DNA of 64,000 nt from Bugula neritina (taxonomy: Eukaryota; Animalia; Bryozoa), in contig OZ037767.1 of assembly GCA_964035545.1 (NCBI GenBank), forward strand, positions 6,092,707 to 6,156,706. The letters run 5' to 3'. The position numbers were made by a program, and so were the translations under genes. The notes beneath the pieces are model-generated. The model saw only the letters and a program-made list of their open reading frames with translations, did not search any database and had not been told where the DNA came from. Shown here piece by piece: positions 1 to 23,140 of the stretch (the first letter of the stretch is position 1; each line of letters starts with the position of its first letter).

Positions 1-169
1 ACATTTTTGCCCGCAGTTGATGCACGTTACTTGGTTCCACACTTACAGCTGGTACCTAGGCTAAGTCAAGTGGATATACTCAGCCACTGAAATTCTAGTT
101 CAGTGTACACAGCAAGGTTAGTCAGCTTCCCATTATTAACTAATAACTGTACGGTGCTGGCAGTCAACA

Positions 170-10170
<10,001 letters not shown>

Positions 10171-10434
10171 ATTGAAGGCTACATTTCAACATGAACATTG
10201 AAACACCAAGTATGCATCCCACAATAGAACAAATCCAGAGAACTAAGGCTAGTTAGCCTGCACACCTTAACCTTACAGTGATGTGGGTTAATAACTCCCC
10301 ACTTCAAAATGCTGTTATACCCATCATTTTAGTATTCCCCGAACAGAGTTGATGCAAGGTGTGGTTATCAATTATATGAAATGGACATAAGAAGAATGAT
10401 ATATTTTCTTCTCTCATATATACTAATTATTTGA

Positions 10435-10440
10435 AATAAA
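10435..10440 (+). terminator. Candidate polyadenylation signal of HHIPL
   Basis: First AATAAA after the stop codon at 10170. Confidence 0.5.
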
Positions 10441-10608
10441 CATTAAAATAATGAACAGTAATATCATTCCTGAGTATTTAGTTTTCATAGTACGAGACTA
10501 TTTAATGATGTTAACAAGATGGAGGCCAACACGGCCAAAGAAGTACCCATTCCTATCATAAAACATTTTAATAGCTTTACATCTCCACATACATTACCGC
10601 TAATTGCA

Positions 10609-10655
10609 TTATATATATATATATATATATATATCTATATATATATATAATATAT
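10609..10655. repeat. (TA)n microsatellite
   Basis: Direct dinucleotide run. Confidence 0.9.
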
Positions 10656-11366
10656 AAATGCAATTAGTAATATGTAGGTGTGCATATGCTTATGTACATC
10701 TCTTAGTAATACAGCCCATTTAGAAAAAGTTGAAACAAAATAAAATGTAGGTTAAAATACATCCCTCTGTAAGAATATCAGGAGGCACAAAAACCCAAGC
10801 CTGCTCTTAAACTTCTATTCAATGTGACAATACAACGTTTAGAAATACAATACTGTAACGTAAAATAGATTATGAATAACAAGCAATACCAAAATAACAG
10901 ATTTCAGTATGGAAACAAAAGAAATATACTAGAATATATATGCTTTGACTGGTTTTACTAACTACAACAGTGTAGTATGTACTTCTTCAACTCTTGAAAC
11001 AATACATAACTGATAATACAACTGAACTATTCACAGTAATTGAGAGTGTCTATGTACAAATAATAACTGAAAAGTATTATAAATAATATATTAGATATTG
11101 AGAATGGAGTTGCCTCTCCTTACCCTTCCCACAATTCTATAGAACTCGGTCAGTAAGTTGACTAGAGTAAACATTATTATGTGTGCTGATTGTAAAAGTT
11201 GTAAGTATATTGACTAACACTGAGAAATCTTGACCGCCTTTCTCTATTTTATGTACAATTTTCACTGTGTACAGAGTGTACAGCTTGCACAGAGTGTACA
11301 GTGCAGTAGTTACTACAAACATACATGTTTCATCTCACAAACACAGCGTAGCAGCAGTTGTAGTCG

Positions 11367-14300
11367 CTACACTGATTCGTCAGAGTTGTGCTCACGTTCG
11401 ATTCTGAAACAGCACAGCTGCATACCTTGCCGGTGTCGTTTCTTCTTACGAGGAAGAGGGGGCGTGTTCTTCACGGCCTTGAGGTTAAGGTCTGTGAGGT
11501 CGTCACTGTCTCGCTGGGACTCGATTTCCGCAGCTCTTTGCTGCTCGTGTTTCACGTAATAGTCATTACGGTAATCACTATACTGCCCCCTGCAAGGTAC
11601 GACAGGCAGTGACACCGGTTTGGGTGACTTGGCAGTCCGAGATGGCGCAGACGTACTATGAGCGGGTGGAGTACCGGGAGATGCAGCAGAACCGGTCTGA
11701 ATAACATAGATATTAGAGTTTGTCTTGGAACTTGTATCTCGTGTGATGCCACCAGGTGTCAACGTCAAAGCTTTATCTGCATCAGCACCTTTTTTAGGGA
11801 TAACTTCACCTGTACTGGCAGCTTCAGGTGAACTGACAACTCCTTTCTACAAGTGAATAAAGACATTGTCAAGTTGGCCAGCAGTCTATCCAACTAGCAG
11901 CTCGACTGTGAGTCAACTGTGAATGTTGAAGAGTACTGAACAAGGATGTCAGTCAGCTTGCTGACAGCAGGGCCTCTAGTTACTCTAAAGCAGAGGTGTC
12001 CAACATTTTCTGATTACTTGACACGTTTTATAGGTCACTGAGGCTAGTGACACCACCAAACAGTTTAACACAAGACTAAAATAAAAGTTGCAGAAACAAT
12101 TGTCACCGAAATGCCCAAACGATGAAAAGAAAACTCAACAGAGTGAATGATACTCGAGGAGGGTTAGTGGAGAAAGTCATGGTTATAAATAGATAAACAT
12201 AATATGCATAATCTCATACATATGTGCACAGCCTTCAAACAACTTGGTATTTGAGCCCTATGTAGTTTAGTATTTCACAATGCTATAGAATACTACATGC
12301 ATGTATAATGGCAATTATACATGCATGTGTACAAGTCATGAATATATTCGCACAAGTTAACACACTGAAGGCAGAGCTACTGGGCGACTGCTGTGGTAAA
12401 TCAACACTAGTGTGCTGCAAACTCTACTAGCCAATGATATGCTCCTTTATTTACTAGCCAATGATATGCTCCTTTACTTAATAGCCAATGAGGCACTACT
12501 TTACTTACAGCCAATGATATGCTCCTTTACTTACTAGCCAATGAGGCACTACTTTACTTACTAGCCAATGATATGCTCCTTTACTTAATAGCCAATGAGG
12601 CACTACTTTACTTACTAGCCAATGATATGCTCCTTTACTTACTAGCCAATGAGACACTACTTTACTTACTAGCCAATGAGGCACTACTTTACTTACTAGC
12701 CAATGATACACTCCTTTACTTACTAGCCAATGAGACACTAGTTTACTTACTGCATGTTCAGGACTAGAGTGAGATGTAGGTTGAGTGAGATGGGGGGTTG
12801 GGGGTTGAGATGTGTCTATTATCAGTACAGTGGGGTTGTCTACACTTGCTGGTAACGGCTGACTAACACATCTGCTTTCTTCTTCACTAGAGGATGAGCA
12901 GCTCTATAATAGTAGTACAGGTGTTGCTATGGTAACCAATAAATACTACAGTATGTACACTACAGCATGTACACTACAGCATGTACACCACAGTATGTAC
13001 AACACAGCATGTACACCACAGTATGTTCACCACAGTATGTCCACCACAGTATGTACACCACAACATGTACACTACAACATGTACACCACAGTATGTACAC
13101 CACAGTATGTACACCACAGCATGTACACCACAGTATGTACACTACAGTATGTACACCACAGCATGTACACCACAGTATGTACACCACAGCATGTACACTA
13201 CAGCATGTATACCACAACATGTACACCACAACATGTACACTACAGTATGTACACCACGATCAGTTTAGCTAATGAAGATATTCTACATAGCCAACACCCC
13301 TACACATTCTACACTCCGCTAACCTTGTGCTGCCGGAGGGAGTCTTTAGATTCGCTGACTCTGTACTCTTCAGTTAACCTCCGTGGTTTATGTGGCCGTA
13401 GAGGAACTTGTATGTCCCTCGTATCTTCTGGTTTCTGTAAAACACCGCAGCACAATGTATATTGTAGTATGTAGTGCATGTCACACTGTGTGTTACACTG
13501 TATGTCAGTGTGATAGGACTGCAGTGAATTACTGATTACTCAAAGATAAGACAACTTACCAGAAATATATCTTCATCACTGACTGAGCCTGTAAAATACA
13601 ATACATGTTATAGTACAGGCTATAATAGAGCAGGCTATAATAAAGGGTGTAATACTAATAGAACACGAGTACGTGTATGACTATGCAAGATGAAATGGAA
13701 GAGTAAATTAAAGTAAAAATAGATGGTTTTTATCGGATTAAAATTTACAAAGTCCATCATAAGTGTGAGATATTTTAAAACTAAACTATATTATCTCAAT
13801 GTTTAAACAGATATATCTCAGTAAGCTGTTAATTCCACGAGGAGAAAGGATAGGTGGTGTATCTCGGGGGTTATCTCTTACCAACAGACGGACTGATATC
13901 TGCTATGGCCTTCCGCACCAGCTGCTCAAACCTCCTCGCCTCACCCATGTGTAAGAATGTCAGCCCATGTTTCTGACTGTCAATGTTCCAGTGGTGGAAC
14001 GTGGCATCCCCCCTTTGGTAGTGGGTGTTGGGCTTCAGTTTGCAGTTGAATAGCTCCTGCAAACACGCGAGCTCGGTTTTATTACAGATATTATACCAAC
14101 TACAGTGGGAAACAGTGATACCTCTACAACAGCATATGTTATCGTAGCATCGCAGTAAAATTATCTTATTTCTAAAAAAGGTGATTCAAAAGCTCTACAA
14201 TTGCTAACAAGTTGAAGAAACACAACATGAGGCTCCAAGGCTACACATTTCAACATTTAGCCTGAGTAACTGTAACACTGATTGTGTATTTCCGGCTGTT

Positions 14301-17300
14301 AGCAGCTGGAAGTCTAACGTCAACAGTGAATGTGCAAGAATTCACGCGTAAACAAAGTCAATGAGTGCATCGCGTTGATTCATCTACGAGTAAGTGCAGA
14401 CCACTACACCACGTGACTACTCTAGCCATCCAGGAAGTTAGAAATCTATTCGGGTGATGGACCAGATATACTGTGATTGTTACGTGATAAGAGAGACTGT
14501 GCTCAGAGATTTGCTTTAATATGAAAGCCAAGAACTAGAATTTCAACTTGAGGCCATTGGTAGGCTACGTGGGCAAGCTAAAGGGCTGCAATTTACTGCT
14601 GGAGTAAATGAAGCATGGACTATAATAGACCGATGGGCATGCAATACGTATTAGAAAAGGTGCTATAGCCATAATTTTAATTACGTCTGACAGCTGAATA
14701 AGTTTGGATGCATTTGCTAGACAAGCCAGAAAATCAATGCCTGCTAACTAAATTGCGGGGCTAAATTATAGTGCACACTGTATAGCTGGCTAACGACAGC
14801 TGCGTATTGGGCCAAGTGAATGGCTCAATCTCACTAATGTGGGAAAATATACCTCATCTAGGAAGTACCCACTTCCTATTGCAGTTAACTACGACAATCC
14901 ACAGCAGTGGATAATGTCTATTGTCCCCCAGGAATAGATTATCATTACTATACACGCCAAGAGGCACTTCGTACTCTAATGGTAATTATATGCAGTTTAC
15001 TCCATTGGCAAACAGCTTGATGTTCAGATTTACAGGCCCAGTCATGGAATAGTGCAGCACGCAGCAAATCTAGTCGCACTGATTTATATAATGTACACAT
15101 TATGGGAATGCATTCGTGCCTCAAGATCAAAACAGACAGCAAGGTTACACTTTGCTGATACGCAATTACTCTTTTGCAATAAATGAAAGAAAATTAGATA
15201 TAAAAAAGTAGACATTTCCCAGTTCGAATACTTTGCTGGAATATTGTAAGTTCATACCTTAGGTACTGAAAACTGAGTGGTGAAAACTAATTTTCTAATG
15301 TAGTTGGAAAACATGAAAGTTAAGTATGAATGAATGCCAGAAGATGGTAAACTTTACAAACTACTACAACTAATACCACAGCAGATGCAAAAAAAGTCTA
15401 AAGTCCATAAAAAAAATCATAGAATAAAAGTTGTTTGCTCCAAACTTAAAAGCACCCCCAAACCCGCAACCTGCTAATCATAACATAGCATCTGGGGTTT
15501 AGTTGGACGCAGGAACTGGTAAACCGTGATGAGTGATAACTGGGGGCAGGCTGTAGATAGGGAGATGCCAAAGCACCACAATACCACTGGCAACGTGTTG
15601 CACCTGCAGTTCATCTATTCCAAACAAAGGTTATTGCTTAGCAGTTGATCCGGAAGTGGCATTATTAATTGTTTATCAGTCAGTCAGTCAGCATGCTACA
15701 GCTAAGTCTTGTGAGTAGTAAATAGGCCAACAACTCGCTAATCTAGGGCATTGTGGGTAAAGGGTTATTAGCCATGTCATGAACTCTGGGCACCCCATTA
15801 TTCTCAAATTATATGTTAGTCAACACAACATGTACATATCACAGGAATAACTCTGTTTCCAGCAGCCAAAACAGAACGAAGGAGCCTCAAATTGATTTGT
15901 GCTTCAAATCGTATCTCGTGGGGAAACATACACAAACATCCCAACTCAAACCTATGCGAATCTCACAGGAAACACCTCAGCAATCTCTTGTAATACGGCT
16001 TTTCCTATGACCTTGACACGGTAGACCAGCACCGGTCATTGTCAAGGCAACTTGAAAATCATTACAATGGGAAGAAGCTTTCCTTATAATATACAGAACT
16101 GAATGAGTAGGTAAGCTTACAGAACAACACAGAGCTTCATAAATACTTGTGTATTTGTTCCCGGACTAAATTTTAAAAATCAAGCTAGGAAAAGCTACCA
16201 CCACCCAACCAAAAGATGCATACACAATAGATCTGAGGCTAATACTCACCTGGTGCTCTTGCAGCCGATGTGCAGTGATGTAGTAATCATTTTCACCCTC
16301 CTTCTTCAAGTTCACTATAGCTACGGGGTTGCCTTTGATCTGTTTCCACAGACCAGTGGATTCGTCTTTAGTAAGCGCTCTGGCTTTCACTTGTATTAGG
16401 GAGTTGTCGCTCGGTGATGGCAAGGTGCTCGTCAACGACTCACATGATGAACTGTAACACCAGAAACCAGTGGCATAACAGGGGCTTGTTGAGAAGCAAC
16501 ATAAGTTCAAAATTATTAAGCAGTGCTCACACAGTTATTTATAACTGTTAAACTTATGCACTTCCGGAGCTACAGTTAATTAAAATAACTACCCTATTCC
16601 TGTAACCCTCTACTTACAATACATTAGATGAGATATCATTGAAAGATATAACCTTCATAACAATGAAGATGAAAGTGGAAACCAATTTGGCTCCAGTTAC
16701 AGGCAGGTTGAAGTAGCCTAGAGTGGTATTACGAGGCCATTACTACCCAATACTATGCTATGATAATAATAGTAATAATAATAACGTGGATAACATATTG
16801 TGCGAGCTCAACTGAAGAAGGGCACTGTAGTTCACAGCTCATATAACACTATTATAATCCTAACTCTTTCCAAGTACAATGCCTTCAAATCGACCATTCA
16901 ACTCCGTATAATAATAACCATCCATTCACACCGCTACTACCGGCGGATATCAACTGTAGCAATTTATGAATGGAAAGTATCACGCTCTAATGAACTCGGT
17001 TGCCTGCAAGTCAAATATCGCTTGCCTACAGCTAATCAATGATACAGCAAAGTATAACAATGCCCTTGGGTATAGCAATCCGAAATGAATCCTAAAGCAG
17101 GCAAAATGCTTTTCATAAATTTATTTTGAGCTAGTAAAATGTGACAGATGATTTGATATACAGAGCACTGGGTAGTCTGAGATTTGATATGAGCCAGTCA
17201 AAGAAATAATATACTGCAGTAGTTGCACATAAATGCAAATGTATCTGGTATCTCTGGCAGATTGGTAGCTACTAACGGTCACATTCACTTCAACAATCAT

Positions 17301-20300
17301 CCTGGCATCTCTACTATGAGGCAAGATGATTTAGATTTGATGGTCATTGTGATAAACTTGACACTGTGTTAAAAATGCATATAAATAGAAATAAGGTGGT
17401 AATAACTTGCTGTTGACAAAATTCACTCTGGCTTAGCCAGTACCAGCATAATCTAGAAATAAAAAATATGAGGCTAGTTTTAGTAGTTCTAAAGCAGTCT
17501 TTCCCTGCTGAATCAACTGATCATATCAATGGCTCAAACCGGAGGTATAATTGTTCACCAGACGGAAAAGAAATATTCCACTAGTTCCCAAATCACACAA
17601 CAGTTAGTCTAGAGTGGTATTGCAAGGCCATTACTATTGGGAAAAATACTGTTTGGTAATTTGGTGCCACAACATTCAAGCTGTGACACAAGCGAGTTTT
17701 AAACATGGCATAAGCTGCTAAATATCTTAAATTTTACTAACAATCATTTATTAGTACTAGCAAAGCTTAGGGGTTAACTAATTCATACAAAACATGCTAG
17801 AATATGCTCGTTTGTTTGGTAAACATGCTAACTTGCCCTTGAGCTTTACCGAGTATTCAAGAATAACAAATAAATTAAAACAAAAGTACAATAATACTAA
17901 GAAATATGAAGCCCTGAAACTACTAACCATGACAAAATCTTTCTATGTTTGTTAAAGACTAGAAATTACCATTGCTATATAGTAGGCACTGCACATCATT
18001 GCTTACTGTACAGTGTACAGGGTTAAAATACACAAATAATCTGGATAGAAATTTATTATAGACTCCTGCGTGCTAACTTTTGCCATTTTTTTATCATTTA
18101 TAGAGAAACTAAAAGATTTGGTAGCAGGAAAATTTACTGCAAAAATTTCAATGACGAAAAAGAACACTGTTTATAGAGGTACAAGCGATTAAAAAAGGGT
18201 TTATTAGAAGTGCTAAATATTAGGTGGAATAAATACGGAACTGCTGAAGTTTGTCACGATTTTTGTTGCGACCCCAAAGGCATGCTCTGTAGCCAATGCT
18301 CATGGGACTTCATCTACACAACACCACCAGTATTCCATAACGGGAAGTCAGCGGGTTAAAAACACACCAAAATTTACATTCAAACGGAGCGACAACTATT
18401 GAGAGCTAGAATTAAAAAAAATAAGTCAACTGCACGTAACATCTCTAGGTGATATTATCATAATTGTTATGACAATGTTAATAAGTTTGGATGGTTTACA
18501 TTGCAACTTATGGAGTCCACTTGGCATACTTATTACTACTATAACATTTAGAAGCGGGAGTGGTGAAATTGAGATAGCCTAAATCTTTATTTATTTCTAT
18601 TAATTATTGATTTGAAATTCTTGCAAGAACATGACTTCTTTTGCTGCATTTCTAATCTAAAACACAGGCTTTTCTCAATTTCTCCATTACTGCATCTACC
18701 TCATAATTTGCTTTGAAGTTTTCATTCAGTTTAATTGATTCTTATATAATGCCATAAAGTAGGAGCGGTGCTATATTAGCACGATTCAAAAATTAGTTAA
18801 GGAGATTCGCCCTAAATATGAAGACTTTAGGACAACAGCTGCCGAAACAATCAGGGGAAACAAATTTGTGGTCCAGTGTAAAGTAACATAAAATAGGGAC
18901 ATGTTCAACATACCAACACCATGGCAGCTTTTGCATGCAGATAAGTAAAAGCACGAATCAAAGAGTCATTGGAATAAACTGACACCGTTTGAGAGTAGAT
19001 ACTATGCCTTCAGCAACAGGGAAAACTCGGTCATAGCTGTTTCGCATAGCAAACAAATGCACTGGTAACTGAATTATTAAAACCTAATTTGGTTGAAGTC
19101 ATTTTAAAGTCAGAGGGGCTGGAGAGAAGCTCTAACAACTAATTATACTAAGAATATAACTGACTCTATTCAAAACATGCATCACACAGCATTGCCATAG
19201 GGAATGCTACGCCAGAGGGCCAGGATGTACCAATTATTAAAGGTTAGAGATAGACAGGTAAGCAAACAGGTATGCCTGCTTACATTAAGATAATTAATTA
19301 TAATATCAATAGAATTCAGACATTTACAGGGGTTAGAATAAGAAAAAATGGGAGCCGGTTATGCCTTGTGTGTAGATGGCCATGCCTTGTGTATAGATGA
19401 CCATGTCTTGTGTGTAGATGAACATGTCTTGTGTGTAGATGGCCATGTCTTGTGTATAGATGAACATGTCTTGTGTATAGATGAACATGTCTTGTGTATA
19501 GATGAACATGTCTTGTGTATAGATGGCCATGCCTTGTGTATAGATGAACATGTCTTGTGTATAGATGGCCATGCCTTGTGTGTAGATGGCCATGTCTTGT
19601 GTATAGATGAACATGTCTTGTGTATAGATGAACATGTCTTGTGTATAGATGGCCATGCCTTGTGTATAGATGGCCATGCCTTGTGTATAGATGGCCATGC
19701 CTTGTGTATAGACTATAGATGGCTGAGTAATGAAGAATTTAGTGGATTAGTTTGCTACATCTCAGAGATACAATAACCAGTGATTGATCATTGTGGTGAC
19801 TGTAGTATACACTGTAGAGCACACTGTGGTGGCTGTAGTATACTGTGGTGACTGTAGTATGCACTACAGAGTGCATTGTAGTGACTGTAGTATACACTGT
19901 GGAGTACACTGTGGTGGCTGTAGCATACACTGTAGAGTACATTGTGGTGGCTGTAGTATACACTGTAGAGCACACTGTGGTGGCTGTAGAGCATACTGTG
20001 GTGGCTGTAGAGCATACTGTGGTGGCTGTAGAGCATACTGTGGTGGCTGTAGCGCACACTGTGGTGACTATAGCGCACACTGTGGTGGCTGTAGGTAGAT
20101 GCCATGTCTGAGAAGAGTCTGGAAGCAAGGCAACTCATTCACGAGCAAACTGCTGGTACACACCGCCGCTATTATTACACAAGTCTGGGGTGTTCCAGTT
20201 GCCTTACTGCTGGTAGAACGACTCCAACTGTCAGAATGACAGTGCAAAGGTGAATCATGCTGGTATCCCAATACAAACATCACCAGTTCCGGTAGACGGA

Positions 20301-23140
20301 CAAACACCCTTCCCCAAGTGGCAAAATTACCACCACCTTCCCAACTCCTAGTCTATTATATGGACGCTGTGCCAATCTATTTACCAACAGACTATGGGCC
20401 TTCAAAATTACAAGGCAGCTGAAGATATAATTTTCCAAAGTATAGAAAAAACACATAGGTAACCTCCACTAGCTTTTTTATTTGCTCCATCATTACCTTC
20501 TTTAGGCTGACACCTCATATTTTTCTACTTTATTTAAACTTTTTGATAAAATAAATAATAAAACAAACAGAACAAAATGCTACTTATTCCTCAACAAGGG
20601 TAAATTATAACAGAATACCAAAAGATATAGAGAAAATTATACAAGAGAAAGATGAATAGTACATTCGAAACTAACAAAACATTTTAGACGGAAACCTGAC
20701 ATAGCTAAGCTTTAGAAAAGATATCTTAACAACAACCTGCTCACAAAGGAAACTGTAGCCAATGGAGAATTATAATTGTGAACAAGTATGGTTGTTCACC
20801 TTTTCATAGCAAATTGAGATGCAGTACACAGTGTGAAATGAAGCTAAGTCATACATAAATAATTAATGCAAAACCTCAGGTCATGTAAGGCTCTTAGGCA
20901 CTTTACTAATAGAGTATTAACTATAGAGTGAAAGCTCAGTTCAGTGATTTGAAAACATCACCTGAGACCAGGCAATGGAAGCCACCTTACAGCTGCGCCA
21001 TTATATCAAACTTCCATATCTAACATTAATCATGATCAAGTGATGTTTCCCCAATCATATATTTATATATATAACTAATATATTATAATTATTATGTACA
21101 TGTATATACTTATTTTATAAAGCCCCCAATTACAATATAAATTGCTCAATTATTATTTAAAAAAATTGAATTCCATCTCAAGGCACAAAGTGCGATTTAT
21201 ACACTACACTAACTTTACTATTTACAAGTTCCAACTACGGATTGAGTACACAGTAGAACAACCATAATATGCCTTATTAGCCTAACTAATAGCAGTACAA
21301 GTTGAACAAATAGTACTAACAACGCCAAAACTACGCAATACTTTTACCTATCATTACTCATTGGCTTACAACGTGAATGTATTTGAACAGGGATAATCCC
21401 AATCTTTATTATGTATAATATAAATGCAGAATACTAATGGGTATATGCAATATAAACATGCTTGAAAAACTGCAAAGTAAACTGATACTCACACTTGAGT
21501 CAAAAATATCAGCATAGATTTAAAACAATCCTATTTATTTGGTGATTTATTTATGCCGAATTTTATTCAAAACTCTATTTTTTATTTTCACTGTAGTAAT
21601 TCTACTGCCAGTAATTGCCAACAACTAAGCTTTGCATGAAAACATTAAAACAATACCAAGTTGGAGTATTTTGACTAAAATTTACCATTGGCAAACTTAA
21701 TTTTATACCCTTTTTGAAATTACTTTGAGAGGCAACACTTATTCTCACATTGCATTGACTAATGTTTAGTTACCATCTCCAGAATGCTACAGCATATTCA
21801 TTTAAACTTTCTGCTTGGACCAACACATTGGGTAATCTTAGATATTTAGTGACTAGTAATATCAAATAATAGAAATATAAATATCATTAACTAGTACTGA
21901 TGATCTGTTACATAGTTTGACTTAAATGCAGATACCTATGCCTAGTCACTAGTGTTACTAAAGCTTGAGTTGATATACATGCTAAAGCATGAGAATGATT
22001 GAGAAAAAGAGTGGGGAAACAAGAGGTCTAACATAAACATACATAATTAGCAGCTAAGTAGAACCATGTATGAGCTACAAGTATAGACACACGTACAGCA
22101 TTTATAATTTATAATAATGTCTATAAGCATAAATGAGTATGATATATAACAATGTACTTAATTTATAATAAAATAAGGCAGTTGCTGTTATTTTGTTATG
22201 AATAATGAAAAACTATTTGTTCTAACTACTTGTACCATTAGTATTAGACTACTACATTAATTTATTCGGTGAATATAAAAACCAATCATTTCAATACTAA
22301 TACTGTAAGTAATAAGTGTAACAATTAGTTATTTAGTAAATATTCAATAGCCATATTCGTAATAATTTTAAATTCAAACACTATCAAATTAAACTTTTGA
22401 TTCGTGAATTACTATTACAACATGAACATTATGATTATAAATTAAAATATTAATTATTTAATATAACTATATAATACGTTTATAAATTAAAATATTCATA
22501 ATGAAATAAAGTATAAACAAAGTTTTAGTTTACAATAATTAATATTATAACAAATACTTTGCAAAAATCTATCCGAGTTGTTGTTAATAAATAATAATTA
22601 TTATACTGTTGAAATTAGTATTACTGCTCTTATTTTATAGGACAAAGTTGCTAACAGTAACGGGCATTACTATAAGTATAAGTATAACTCAATAACTATA
22701 ACTATAAGTATAAGACTAAGTACAACGATTAGCAACAACATTAACTATAAGTATAAGTCTAACTATACCTCATTGCGGATTTGGATTAGTTTCAATTTTA
22801 AGTTAGTGTAAGTGTTACTAATAGTAATAGCAACTGTAAGTGTAATACTAATACTAATGCCAATAGTAATACGTCTACTCTAGTCCCACGACTACTGCTA
22901 GTCTGCTACTACTACTAGTACTACGTCTACTACTAGTAGTAGTAGTACTACGACTACTAGTACTAGTACTATAACTATGTCGATAGTAATATATTTTTAG
23001 GAAAAAAATCAATTTCTTTTTTATTAATCAAAAAAACATAAAATTAAAGAATTAGGTTATAGAAACAATTTCTTTTTTTAAGGAATAAATGTGTTTTAAA
23101 ACACTGGAACTTACCGCAATTTCCTTTCACTACCTTCCAT
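11367..23140 (-). CDS. SPRED: SPRED-like EVH1-domain protein (about 391 aa) without a C-terminal Sprouty domain
   Basis: Minus-strand exons: 23140-23115 (MEGSERKLR, least certain), 16451-16250, 14056-13882, 13588-13560, 13434-13324, 12903-12751, 11846-11367 (TAG). All are GT-AG and phase-consistent. SPRED-type EVH1: LIQVKARALTKDESTGLW...FNCKLKPNTHYQRGDATFHHWNIDSQKHGLTF...ARRFEQLVRKAIADI, followed by the acidic DEDIF motif. Confidence 0.8.
12425..12750 (-). repeat. 27-bp minisatellite (GTAAGTAAAGGAGCATATCATTGGCTA-like, about 12 units) starting at the 5' splice site of SPRED-like exon 6
   Basis: Direct tandem repeat. Most units begin with GTAAGT on the minus strand. Confidence 0.95.
12943..13257. 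repeat. 14-bp minisatellite (TACACCACAGTATG / TACACTACAGCATG)n in a SPRED-like intron
   Basis: Direct tandem repeat. It accounts for the MYTTVCTPQ ORFs. Confidence 0.95.
18628..18706 (+). repeat. Dispersed repeat fragment, copy 1
   Basis: Near-identical to 55168-55247 (ACTTCTTTTGCTGCATTTCTAATCTA.AACACAGG...TTTCTCCATTACTGCA.CTACCTCAT). Confidence 0.8.
19360..19710. repeat. 21-bp minisatellite (CATGYCTTGTGTATAGATGRM)n
   Basis: Direct tandem repeat. It accounts for the MAIYTQG and HVLCIDE ORFs. Confidence 0.96.
19790..20093. repeat. Compound 21/33-bp minisatellite (GTGGCTGTAGAGCATACTGTG core)
   Basis: Direct tandem repeat of CACTGTAG / CACTGTGG units. Confidence 0.93.
20100..20430 (+). mobile_element. 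Possible degenerate RTE-like LINE 3' fragment
   Basis: Broken frames give LRRVWKQGNSFTSKLLVHTAAII and PTPSLLYG, reminiscent of the post-RT region of RTE LINEs. Stops and frameshifts are present. Confidence 0.3.

Noticed and set aside
11310-11369. Stop-codon readthrough or frameshift restoring a Cys-rich SPRED tail
   Set aside because: The downstream frames are short and do not resemble the Sprouty domain.
12929-13474. Cys/His-rich ORFs (MYTTVCTPQ)
   Set aside because: Translation of a 14-bp minisatellite, antisense to the SPRED-like gene.
18060-18360. piggyBac-like MITE ending GGGTTAA
   Set aside because: No matching left TTAACCC terminus was found.
12425-20093. Regular repeat arrays as a CRISPR array
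   Set aside because: No unique spacers and no cas genes; the context is eukaryotic introns.
19333-20138. Repetitive ORFs (MAIYTQG, HCGGC, YSHHS)
   Set aside because: Tandem-repeat artefacts without supporting gene structure.
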